Positions 38,813 through 49,707 of a DNA stretch of 64,000 nucleotides are shown here, piece by piece; position 1 is the first letter of the stretch; the number at the start of each line of letters is the position of its first letter. A program made the translations under genes and the position numbers. Under the pieces are notes generated by a model. That model searched no databases, was not told where the DNA came from, and was given only the letters and a program-made list of their open reading frames with translations. Source of the DNA: Lama glama (lineage: Eukaryota); NCBI GenBank assembly GCA_028534125.1, contig CM052816.1:80416001-80480000 (forward strand), read 5' to 3'.

Positions 38813-40304
38813 TGGTAAGGTTCTTAATATTTGTGTCAAGCTAGCTTCTGTAAGACTGCACATTTTCTTCTTGATGTGACATGATTTCACATTTATTTCA
38901 CATTTCAAATCCCAAACAGTTATTCAGCTGCTTCCTAGAAAGGTTTGAACTTTATTTTTTTGGCATCTTTTAAGTGCCCTGATCTGCCAAGATGTTATGG
39001 ATTCAGGGGAATATGTTTCACAATCAGCAATCATTAGAGCTGAAACTTCTTTTGATTGGGATGAACTAAGTGTTTAATTAGGGTCATAATGAGTATTTCC
39101 CCATATCCTTAGTGCCAGCTTGACAGTGGGAGAAGATGAAAACAACCAAGCATCACCCAATGGAATACTGTGTTTTTCAAAGCATGATACATGAATTGTC
39201 TATATCAAAACCCCCAGGTGCTTGCTAAAATGCAGATTTCTGGGTATCATCTTTGGTTGACTGATCAGAATCTCTGGGCTAGGTTCCCAGTGTAGGCATT
39301 TTAAAGACACTTTCCAAGTGATTCTTACAGCCAGTAAAGTTAGAGATGAGTCTTCATCTAATGCCTCATTCTCTTTGGTGATTACTTCTTTAATTTCTGA
39401 AACTCCACTTTATTGAGCTAAGTGGGTGCCCTTCTATTAGGTGCTGACTCTTTATTCTGTAAGAACAATAGTTAGTGAATCTGGGGGAACGGCTCTGGGG
39501 AATTATAACAGAATAAATGCACTCAGTTCCAAGGACTGCCAGGTATGAAACAAAGATAATTGAGACAACTTTTGTACCCTTAGATGAGCAGGCTTTCTTC
39601 TGGAACCTCAAATGGAGTACTTCCAGAAATAAACAAGTATATTAACCAGGCTGCAAGATGAGGAAATGATTAATTGAGTCACAGGGAAGAGTCTGAATAC
39701 CATCATCTTGAGGAACTCCATGGAGACAGCAAGGCCAGGCACTGTTTGGGGTCATTTTTAAGTATTACCTTATTCTGTTTTTATCAAAACTCCTCAGCAA
39801 AGAATATGTTGTCATCACCATTTTACAGATAAGGAGACAGGCTCAGAGAGACAACATTACTTGTGCAAATCTACCTTGTTTGTTAGTGCTGGAATTGAGT
39901 GTTGAACTTAGCCCTGCCTCCAAAGTCTGCCTTTTCCACTGGAGGAACACACCCTGTGCTGGAGATTCTGTTTCCAGTAGGAGGAGGAGGGCAGGACTCG
40001 GTATCCATGTTGACCTAGAGACTTGGAAAGTAAGTTTATTGATGATTTCATCCTTAATTCATTTGAAGAAATCCCAGTTTGGGAATCAGACTTGATTCTT
40101 CCTGAAAGATGCCTTGAAAACCAACCTCCCAGGCTGAGGAGTTGACTGTGGGCTGAGTGAGGTTTGATTACAAGGCCTCCACCACCCCTTCCAGCTCTAA
40201 GATTTTCAAAAAGGAAGAGAGAGAAATCTATTTACTTTGTCTCCTCTCAGATTTTTCCAGACAGCTGAGTACCTCCAGTCACCACTGATTCTCCCCTAGT
40301 GAGT

Positions 40305-40645
40305 GCATTTATTGTGAGGAACTGGCTTACACGATTATGGAGGCTGAGACATTGCGTGATCTGCAATCTGCACGCTGGAGAGCCTGGACAGCCATGGTGT
40401 GATTTAGTCCAAGTCGGAAGCCTGACAGTCCGGGGAGCTGATGGTGTAGATCCCCATCCCCATCTGAGAGCCGGAGAAAACGAAATTAGATGATTCCCAC
40501 CCACATGGGGGATGGCAGTCTCCTGACTCCACTAACTTAAATGCTAACGTCACCTGGAAACACCCTCATAGACACACCCAGAAATAATGTTTAATCTGAG
40601 CACCTCATAGCCAGTTAAGTTGACGTATAAAATTAACCATCATAT
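40305..40645 (-). mobile_element. ERVL LTR (MLT2B/C-like)
   Basis: ggaactggcttacacgattatggaggctgag...aaacaccctcatagacacacccagaaataatgttt...aagttgacgtataaaattaaccatca. Confidence 0.85.
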
Positions 40646-40679
40646 CAGGGATCTGGGGTAATGTTCCTTAGACTATCAT

Positions 40680-41130
40680 AATGGCTAATAGCTAATACTT
40701 ACTAGGTACATACTGTGTGCTGACACTCACCCAAGCACTTTACACCAACTCATTTAATAGACATGACCACTTTTAGTAAGTTAGTTAACAAGTTACTACC
40801 ACTATTCGTATTTTTCAGATAAGGAAACTGAAGCCCAGAGAACCTAAGTTACTTGCAGCTAAGGGATGAACCAAACAGCTGGACTTGAGAATACTTGCTT
40901 TCAATCACCACTTTATCTTGTGTTCACTGTGGATGATGCAATGATAAAATGAGCATCTGTGCATTTATGGGGACCTACCAGATAGATGTTAAGCCTTCTG
41001 CTAGGCATTTTACATACAGTGTCTCTGATAGTTACAACCCTGCAAGTTAAGATAGATTTTGCTCCATTTTACAGATGAGAAAATTAGCTCGAAGTATTAA
41101 CTAATTTTACCTCAGCTCATGCTATTTCTA
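40680..41130 (-). mobile_element. Two MIR SINEs
   Basis: cagataaggaaactgaagcccagaga and ccattttacagatgagaaaattag cores. Confidence 0.75.
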
Positions 41131-41717
41131 TTAAACCCTGACATAATTTATTGATCTTATGGCTTTTTTTCTGAATTCTCATCCACTTTTCAATGAAGGG
41201 ATAGTTTTTCCTACTACTTGGACTCTGAGATGCCAGCTGGGGAGTGATACCAGACTCAAGGTCTGGGCTCTAGACCCAGTGCCATCAGAAGTCATGGGCC
41301 AGCCTCTGGGACATGTGAGCACTACACATTTTTCAACAGGAAAATGCTAGGGCTTTGCTGTTCCCCTTTCTACTATTTTATGGATATCAGTCTTGTCTTC
41401 CAGGCTGGGTTATAAACCTTGAGGGCCGGGGTCACTACCCCTCTTAGAGCTCTAAGCACTGGGCTGGCCATGCGATGGATAATCAATAAGGGTGATCTGG
41501 AGGTGTGATTTTACTTTTTCCTGTGTATAGAATGGGGAACATGTGGTGCCTTTCCACTGATTCATGCACTGTAATTGAGTACCTTGGATACCTCTTTATC
41601 CTAAACCAATTTTTTCCTGTTCTTGACTATTGTTGATCATGTTGTCTTCATCACCATGGGAAGAGACACACTGATCTGGCAACTTCTGACATTTTCAAAT
41701 ACAATGGAAATTCTTTC

Positions 41718-41836
41718 CAGGACAGGTTGATGAGTTTTGATGGCACTGTTCCATTGCACAACTCCAGAGGGGGACCACTCACAGTTTTTTTTCTTAGTGA
41801 ATAGCACCCCCTTGAGTTGTGCAGCGCAGGGCCCTG
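41718..41836. mobile_element. MER91-like palindromic hAT MITE
   Basis: Internal inverted repeat tgcacaactccagaggggg ... cccccttgagttgtgca (41755-41823). Confidence 0.7.
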
Positions 41837-42799
41837 AGTATTGGAACTGATTTGATAATTTCCTCCTATGTCTTTTGCAATACCGTCTTTTCTTCTCTTC
41901 AGTCTGCTGTTTTTAATTGGTGGTAAAACCCAAAGGCATGACAGCATAGGTTAGGTGACTCTTCAAGGTCTCTGGGCTTCGTGATTCCAGAGCACTCTAT
42001 TCACAAATTCCTTGTAAGATGCTGCCAGTTTCCCACTGGATCCCAAATCATTGCACTAACCGAAATATAACATCTAGAAAATCAAGATGACTAACACTTT
42101 GATGGGAATTGAGGAGAAGAAGGCAAGGTTGTAGGCAACTGTTCTCAATGGGAGACTAGGAAAAAATGAATTGGTTCTCAAGAGGCTGTGAAGGTCCTCT
42201 CCCCTGCCCTTCCTTAGCAGAGAGCAGTGGACGTTCCATACCAGATGATTCCCACAAGGCAGCTCAGCTTTTTATCTCATCCCCACCAGCTGGTCTTGCG
42301 TGATAAGTAGGAAGCAGTGTAAGTCTGATCTAATGGACCCTGAGAAATCCCCCTGCCTTAAAATGTTTTCCATTGGCCAGTCCCTAACACTTGAGCTAGT
42401 AGACATTACTATTATTATTATTTTTTATCAAGTAATGCTTCCTATAAAGAATTAAGGATAGGTTTAAAACTAGTTTATTAGTGTTAGAAATCAGAATAAC
42501 AGTTACCCTTGAGGATGATTTCACTGGAAAGAGAAACAGGAAGTTTCTCGGCTGCTAGGAATGTTCTGTTTCTGCATGCAGGTATTCCCTCTATGAAAGA
42601 TTAATGGGACTTCACAGTTATGTTTTGAACTTCTTTCTGTATGTTTATAATGCTTCAAAATGAAGTGTATTTAAAACAATTCTTAGAAGATAGCCTCGGG
42701 AGGCACTCAGAGATATTTATAACTTAGTTAAACAAGGAGGTGAGTTTATTTCTGTGCTGGGACTACCGGATACTGGGAGGAGGAGGAGTAGATGATGGA

Positions 42800-42948
42800 T
42801 ACTGAATGACTGGTCCTCTGTATGTTACAGTAGGATCTTGTTGTTTATCTATTTTATATGTAGTAGTTTGTATCTGCTAATCATTATGCTGTACACCAGA
42901 AACTAACACAACATTGCAAAGCAACGATACTTCAATTAAAAAAAAAAA
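42800..42948 (+). mobile_element. 5'-inverted (twin-primed) short L1 insertion
   Basis: Antisense L1 segment 42800-42882, sense 3' end 42879-42948 with poly(A); TSD gagtaga(t/c)gatgga at 42786-42799 and 42949-42962. Confidence 0.9.
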
Positions 42949-45768
42949 GAGTAGACGATGGAAAAAAAAGGGCAGATTTGTCTTCCTTGAGCTTTTTCCT
43001 GCAGCTTAGTCTGCCCTGATTATTCTGGGAATCTGTGCAAGCCCCAAGTAGACTGGATACTAATTTTTCTAACCCATTCTCATTCAACTTCAAAGATAGA
43101 AGAGGCGAGCAGGTTGTAGAGAAGACTGGAAGGAAGAACTCCTCCTTTGGTTCAAATCCAGAGTTGGCAACAGAAGAAGGTGGTTCTCTTGGGCAATTAG
43201 TTTCAGGGAAAGCGTGGGGCCAGCCTTCCTTCCATCGGAAAGCAAGCCAGGTTTCCCAGCTGACCGCGCTCTGGTTGGGTGAGAAGAGACCAGTGAACCA
43301 TGGCCACTTGGGAAGCAGATGTACAAAGCTCTGTGTTTTTATGTCGGGGGAGGGAGGCAGTGCAGGGCTCAGCTGGGAAATCTTCCCGCCTCACTCTCCC
43401 AGAAACCAGCGGGTAGCTCTTCACCCCCTCCTGCCCGTTCCCCTCTCTGTGAGACACACACGCGGGGTCCTGGGGCAGCAGCCCCACTTACATGTGAGCA
43501 GGTGTCCCACTTCCTGTCCAGCTGGCGAGTCACCCAACTCTCCTAGATCTCCACCCAGCTTCTGAGAAATATTTCGGCTGCATAGGTAATTGCCAGGTGC
43601 ATGCTGGCAAAGCGGGCTTTGTGGAGGAAGGCAAATCGAATTAAGCCTTTAAGGAAATGCTCATTTGGCTTTTAGGCACTCTCATTCACTTTGCCCATAA
43701 AAATAGTTATCATGTTCTCAACTGGTGCCCCATCTGTTTCTTCTGCACTACCTGGGGCCAAAATTTGAGGTGAAGAAGTAGCAAGGTGTCCTTCGTGTTG
43801 AGGTTATTTTTCTTTTTCTTCAAGGATATCAGTGTTAGGTTGATGGCAGTTGCACAGAGGGACTCCACAGCAGCCACCCTCAAGGAGTCCTTGCCTTCTG
43901 TTTCGTTTCTAAGGAGCAAATGAACTTCATTAGCAATAGGCCCACATTCTCCGTGTCCCTAGTCTGTGATCTTTGTCTCAGACTAGAAATAGCACCAAAT
44001 CTCAGCCCTACATGAGTCTGCTTCCAGCTATTTTATTGTGGTCTAGCCCTGGTCAGTTCTTCCTGTCCCAGAGATTTTTCCTCCAAGAAATATGCTGAGG
44101 AAAAAAAAAGTCATGTCTCCTAAGAAATATTAGAAAATTCAGAGTCAGATGTAACCACTGCTGGAGCGGACAATTAAAATATTCCCACCCTGAATTTGTA
44201 AAGCAGTTGGCATGGGGCTTGGATAAGCTTCAGCTCATTTGATTCTCCTAACAGTCCTATGAGATAGTAGACATTACCCACCTTTTACAGGTTGGGTGAC
44301 CTATTCAATGTCACACAGCTATTCTTGTCCTTCCTTTTTTCTGTTCCCTTGTTATTAAAGATACTTTAAGGTTAGTAATCAAAGTAGGAAGCCAATTGTG
44401 AGATTTATGTTTAGATCTGGTTATATTACTGGTACAATGAAGCAGACATTTTGCAAAGACCCCCAAGTCAAAGGCGGTTCAACAGAGAGCATCTTCCTTC
44501 ATGGGAGCCCTTTTGCCTCCTGACCTCAGGGGCCACTCAGCTAGTCTTCAGACTCGTCTGTGGAGCAGAGTAGCCCTGGCTTGCTGAGTTATGGTGAGGG
44601 GGCTTGAACTCTGGGACTCTCACAGTTTTCCTAACCTCAAGGCTTCCAGGTTAATTTTTCAGACTTAATGTTTCATTGAACTGCTATGTCGACTCTGGAG
44701 AATCTAAGACAATGAAAAGACATAAAATCTGAGCCCTGGAAAGAGTGTAATGACAGAGAAGACTGTGGGCCATGCCCTTGTCTAAGAGCTTTGCATAGAT
44801 TAACTCATTTAATCTTCACAACAGCCCTTGGTTATGCCCATTTTTTGGTTGAGAAAGAGGAAACTGAGTAAGTCATTTGCTCCAAATCAGAGCACTCATT
44901 AGTGGAAGAGCTGGGGTGTGAACCCAGTTTAATTCCAGAGTCCAAGCTCTTGCCCACCTCGATGTGATGCCTCAAGCTGGGCACTGAGGGTGAGACCTTT
45001 TCTTCATGGATATAGAGTTCAGATCCTGAGAATTAAATCCAACCTAGGAGATCATTGGCAAAGGAGTTTCAAAACATCTCTAATGAACACTAAGACATTT
45101 TCCCCAAGAGAAAACAGAGTTGTAGACCTGACCTCCAAAAAGAGTTACCCATTGCCCAGCACTCTCCAACTTATCGCTGATCCCCACATCTGTGAAATGA
45201 GAGTGACTTCCTCTCCCTGGAAACTGCCAGAGGGCTTTCCACTGGAAACTCCCAACTCAGTTTTAGATCAGGAACTTAGCGTTATTGTTTCTTTGTTTCC
45301 ATGAGAGCAGAATGGCACTGAACACTTCAGGTCAAACCTCTGTGTGAACATGTAGCTACCCACGTACAGGAAAATGTTCCCAAAAGTTGTCAATGAAATG
45401 TGGAGTGAAAGTGCCAGTTCCGAGTCAGGGCACCCGGGGAGCACTAGTTCCTCACTTAAGATTCACAGGTATCCAGCCATGGGTTTTCGGGGGTAGAGGG
45501 AATCCATGAACCTGTAAAACTGTATGCTACATTTTGGAGACATATGTATATGTGCATTTCTTTTCATTAGCATCTCCAAGGGGTCATGACCCCAAACCAT
45601 TGAGTAACTTTGACTATGAAGACATTTCACTAAATTATTTATGTGTAGCTCTTCTGTGAGGCCAGACGGCAAATGATGAAAGCGCTGGTCTCGTGAGTTT
45701 CGGGGATCGTCGTGATCTACGTAATTTTCACTTTGCTAATTTTCTTTACCTAGGTAAAGAATAGATTC

Positions 45769-46025
45769 TGACAGATACACAGTACTATTTATATAACAGA
45801 GGTAAAGAACAAGAACCTACTGTATAGCACAGGGAACTATATTCAATTTCTTGTGGTAAACTGTAATGGAAAAGAATCTGAAAATAAATGTGTGTATATG
45901 TGTGTGTGTATATATATATATATACACACACACATATAAATATATATATAACTGAATTGCTTTGCTGTACACCTGAAACTAACATTGTAAATCAACTACA
46001 TTTCAATAAAAAATAAAATTAAAAG
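45769..46025 (+). mobile_element. 5'-truncated L1 3' end immediately upstream of the ADAMTS12 exon
   Basis: cctactgtatagcacagggaactatattcaat...gctgtacacctgaaactaacattgtaaatcaactacatttcaataaaaaataaaa; degenerate TSD aagaatagattc/aagaattggttc (10/12). Confidence 0.9.
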
Positions 46026-46068
46026 AAGAATTGGTTCAAATAAGCCTTTGTATTGCATGTGTTTACAG

Positions 46069-46219
46069 AGTGGATTTTTCCAACTACCACATGGAGACTT
46101 TTTCATTGAGCCTGTCAAAAAGCACCCGCTGGCTGAGGGAGAGTACCACCCACACATCGTGTACAGGAGGCAGAGGCAGGGCGTCCCAGAGATGAAGGAG
46201 CCAACCTGCGGATTAAAGG
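46069..46219 (+). CDS. ADAMTS12: ADAMTS12 internal coding exon (prodomain with cysteine switch; exon 3 by human numbering)
   Basis: Translates as [50 protein letters not shown] plus 1 nt, matching the ADAMTS12 prodomain as I recall it (human [20 protein letters not shown]...KEPTCGLK). Acceptor tgtgtttacag at 46058-46068, donor AAGG|gtattg at 46220. Length 151 nt, phase 0 to phase 1. Confidence 0.95.
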
Positions 46220-47599
46220 GTATTGTGACTTAATCTCCTCACTGGGTGCAGGAGGTTGCTTTGTTCTGTTACTGTCTTTTCACTTGCTCTCATTCAAATC
46301 TGTTATCTCCTCCTCATTCTGGGGCCAGAAAATATATACCTTTGTATAAATCATTTCACTTCTCTGTACTTTTTTTTTAAAGGGGAAAGGGAAAAGATAT
46401 CTCCTACGTCCTTGCCAAGTTAGTTGATGGTACTCATGTGGTATTCACACTGGTGAACTGCTCTTTTTAAAAGCCTCTTCTGAATCCCTTAGAGGAAGAT
46501 AGTTTAAATTAAAGACAATGATTTTCAGTGTCAGCAATGTTATGATACATTAGCGTAGAATATTACCAGGCAGCTTGTCATAGCTGCATATGGAAGGCAG
46601 ATTTAAATGTTTGATGATGCTGATAATGGTGTGTAAAGAGAAACTGAGAAAGAAAATCAGTACATTATCAGAGGATGAATTCAGCTAAGGTTCTGTTGGC
46701 TGCATTTTGCTTGTAGTGTAAAACAGCCTGTCTTTGTAATGGTCAAACAGGGACATTCTTGGTATTGGAAAACGTTGTAGTTTAAAAGTACTCTGGAAAT
46801 TCGGGGGAGAAAGTGTAGCAACTACTTTCCCTGAAAATGTGTCCCTTCACTTATATTTATTTCCCACATGGAAAAGTGCCCAGGAATTTCACAGCAAGTC
46901 CCTTATCAATGTGGCCCAATGTAATTAACTTCTTTTTTCCCCAGGACTTTAATGTGAGGCTATTTTGTTATTGATTTGATCAAGTTGAACTAAAATTTCT
47001 TAACCCATATGCTTTTCTGAGACTTGTTTTTCCTGAGCCCTGCCAAAATTCTCATTTTCTCTCATGTTCTGGAATCCATGTTAAATCATGGGGAAATAAT
47101 ACAGCTTGCTGGAATGAAATCTAGAGCAAATTTCAAAACCTCATTTTATTGACATTGACAAGCTCCTTTCTGTTAGGTTTTTTTGGTGGGAACGTATCAC
47201 ACTGGGACACGAGTGGCTCTTGGATGGAAGTATCAGGGGGACTATGGTTTTTGGAAGCTGGGGCAGGAGAGTCAGATAGGTTGCATGACAACAGCTCAGG
47301 GTCATCTGTGGCATAAAGGGGTCCAGGCAGGGGAAGTCAGAGTCTGGGATTTCGTGGATCAGGACACTAGGCTAGAAACACAGGCTCTAGTCCCTGGCAT
47401 GCGCTTTTGTGTTAAAAATTTATTCATTCATTCAACGAATCTCTGTTGGGTATCTTCTCTTTGTCTGGTGCTCTCCTGGGTTCTGTGAGGACAGCTGTGA
47501 CTAGGGTATAGATCTTGGTCTGAAGAGCTGACAGCCTAGATATAGGATATGAGTGAGTAAGGCATCTGGTCCAGGTTTTATCTTTATAACATGTGGTAA

Positions 47600-48130
47600 G
47601 ACCATGAAAGGAAATGGCATCATAATACATGTATTGGGCTTTTGGTTATACCACATTATGTTTGTGCCAGGACGTGTAGCTATAATCCGTTCCTTTTCTC
47701 TGCTGTGGAGTACTCCATTATGTGAATTTTGCACTTGCTCTGGTCTCCTGTGAATAGATCGGAAACTTTTCCAGTTTGGGGCTATTATACATTATATTGC
47801 ACAGACCATTCTTGTACATGTGTTTTTAAGAACACAGGTTTATAGGGTTTTTCAGGGCACAGACCTAGTAGTGTAATGAAATCAGTATCTCATAGGATGT
47901 ATACATCTGTGACTCTACCAGATGGTGCAAAGTTGCTTTCCAAAGTTGTTCAAGAGCAGTGAGTATGAGAGTTCCCATTGGTCCATATTCTGTCTCATAC
48001 TTGATATTCTCACGTACAAATTTTGCCAGTTTCATGAATGTGAAGTGGTATCTATCTATGCTTAATGTCGAAGTTACACGTATTCCACTATGGAGTTGGG
48101 TCCCGAGTCTATGGCTTGTGGCTATAGGTT
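47600..48130 (-). mobile_element. Old L1ME-like fragment
   Basis: ttccagtttggggctattat...cattcttgtacatgtgtttt...gagtatgagagttcccattg. Confidence 0.7.
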
Positions 48131-48217
48131 CTCCGTGAGTAGTTCTCTGCCCTGTACCCAGAGTCCAAGCCCAGAGAGCCAAGTTTACGTTTGCTTACTT
48201 CCCTGTTTCTCGCTCAC

Positions 48218-49192
48218 CTTTTTTTTTTTTTGCTTAGAAAATTATTTATTTTATATACTTATTTGCTTTTTATTTAACATTTTTTATTGATTTATAATCA
48301 TTTTACAATGTTGTGTCAAATTCCAGTGTAGAGCACAATTTTTTAGTTATACATGAACATATATATATTCATTGTCACATGTTTTTCTCTGTGAGCTACC
48401 ATAAGATCTTGTATATATTTCCCTGTGTTATACAGTATAATCTATAATCTTGTTTATCTATTCTACATTTTGAAATCCCAGTCTGTCCCTTCCCACCCCC
48501 CACCCCCTTGGCAACCATAAGTTTGTATTCTGTGTCTATGAGTCTAATTCTGTTTTGTATTTATGTTTTTTGTTTTTTGTTATTTTTTTAGATTCCACGT
48601 ATGAGCTATCTCATATGATATTCTTCTTTCTCTTTCTGGCTTACTTCACTTAGAATGACGTTCTCCAGGAGCATCCATGTTGCTGCAAATGGCGTTATGT
48701 TGTCAGTTTTTATGGCCGAATAGTATTCCATTGTATCAATATACCACATCTTTTTATCTAGTCATCTGTTGATGGGCATTTAGGCTGTTTCCATGTCTTG
48801 GCTATTGTAAATAGTGCTGCTATGAACATTGGGGTACAGGTGTCATTTTGAAGTAGAGTTCCTTTTGTATACATGCCCAGGAGTGGGATTCCTGGGTTAT
48901 ATGGTAAGTCTATTCCTAGTCTTTTGAGGAATCTCCATACTGTTTTCCACAGTGGCTGCACCAAACTGCATTCCCACCAGCAGTGAAGGAGGGTTCCCTT
49001 TTCTACACAGCCTCTCCAGCATTTGTCATTTGTGGATTTTTGAATAATGGCCATTCTGACTGGTGTGAGGTGATACCTCATTGTAGTTTTGATTTGCGTT
49101 TCTGTGATAATTAGTGATATTGAGCATTTTTTCATGTGCCTGTTGATCATTTGTATTTCTTCCTTGGAGAATTGCTTGTTTAGGTCTTTTCC
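48218..49192 (-). mobile_element. Young camelid-type L1 (3' UTR plus ORF2 C-terminus)
   Basis: Open frame 48758-49150: [13 protein letters not shown]...[33 protein letters not shown]...[19 protein letters not shown], the ORF2 cysteine-rich C-terminal domain. Confidence 0.95.
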
Positions 49193-49297
49193 CTTAGTCT
49201 CTAGTCTGGCTTTTCACCTCTGCGGGTCCTAAGCTGACCTATTTTCTCCAGAGCAGAAGTAGGGAGCAGCAGATGCCCTGATCAGCAGCTAGCTCCT

Positions 49298-49707
49298 TGC
49301 ATCAATCAGGGTTTAGCCAGAGGAGCAGAACCAGTAGGAAATATATATTAAGAGCTTTATTAGCTTTATTGCAAGAAATCAGTCTACATGATAGTGAGGG
49401 CTGGCTAGGCAAATCCAGAATCAGTGGGCAGGCTGTCAGGAAGTGCAGGCTGTGACTCTCAGGCATAGCTAAAGAAGCTGTCCACGGGTAGAATTTCTTT
49501 GTCTGGGAAGTCTCAGCTCTGCTTTTAAGGTCTTTCAACTGATTGAATCAGGCCTAACAGCATATCAAGAATAAACCTTCTTTACCTTAAGTCAACTGAT
49601 TATGGACTTTAATTACATCTACAAAATGCCTTCACAGTAACACCCAGATTAGTGTTTGAGTAACTGGGACTGCAGCCTAGCCAAGTTGACACAAGAAAAA
49701 GCTCACA
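49298..49707 (-). mobile_element. ERVL LTR (MLT2D/F-like)
   Basis: cagggtttagccagaggagcagaaccagtagga...aagtcaactgattatggactttaattacatct...cctagccaagttgacaca. Confidence 0.85.

Larger units (their letters stand above)
1..46068 (+). other. ADAMTS12: 3' part of the long ADAMTS12 intron preceding the prodomain exon
   Basis: No other ADAMTS-like peptide in the ORF track; repeat-rich; ends at the exon acceptor. Confidence 0.85.

Noticed and set aside
41755..41823. Hairpin resembling a pre-miRNA
   Set aside because: Explained by the internal palindrome of a MER91-like MITE; no expression evidence.
43035..43565. 176-aa ORF, the longest in the track
   Set aside because: Non-ATG start, no recognisable domain, no exon structure; consistent with a chance ORF in GC-richer DNA.
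46066..46070. Tandem acceptor CAGAG
   Set aside because: The second AG would shift the frame by 2 nt and is weaker than the first CAG; no evidence of use.
46168..46182. Apparent two-residue insertion relative to human (RRQRQGVP versus RRQKVP)
   Set aside because: Variable prodomain loop; my recall of orthologues is too uncertain to call it lineage-specific.
48758..49150. 130-aa ORF as a host gene
   Set aside because: It is L1 ORF2 C-terminus in a 5'-truncated copy that cannot encode a full protein.
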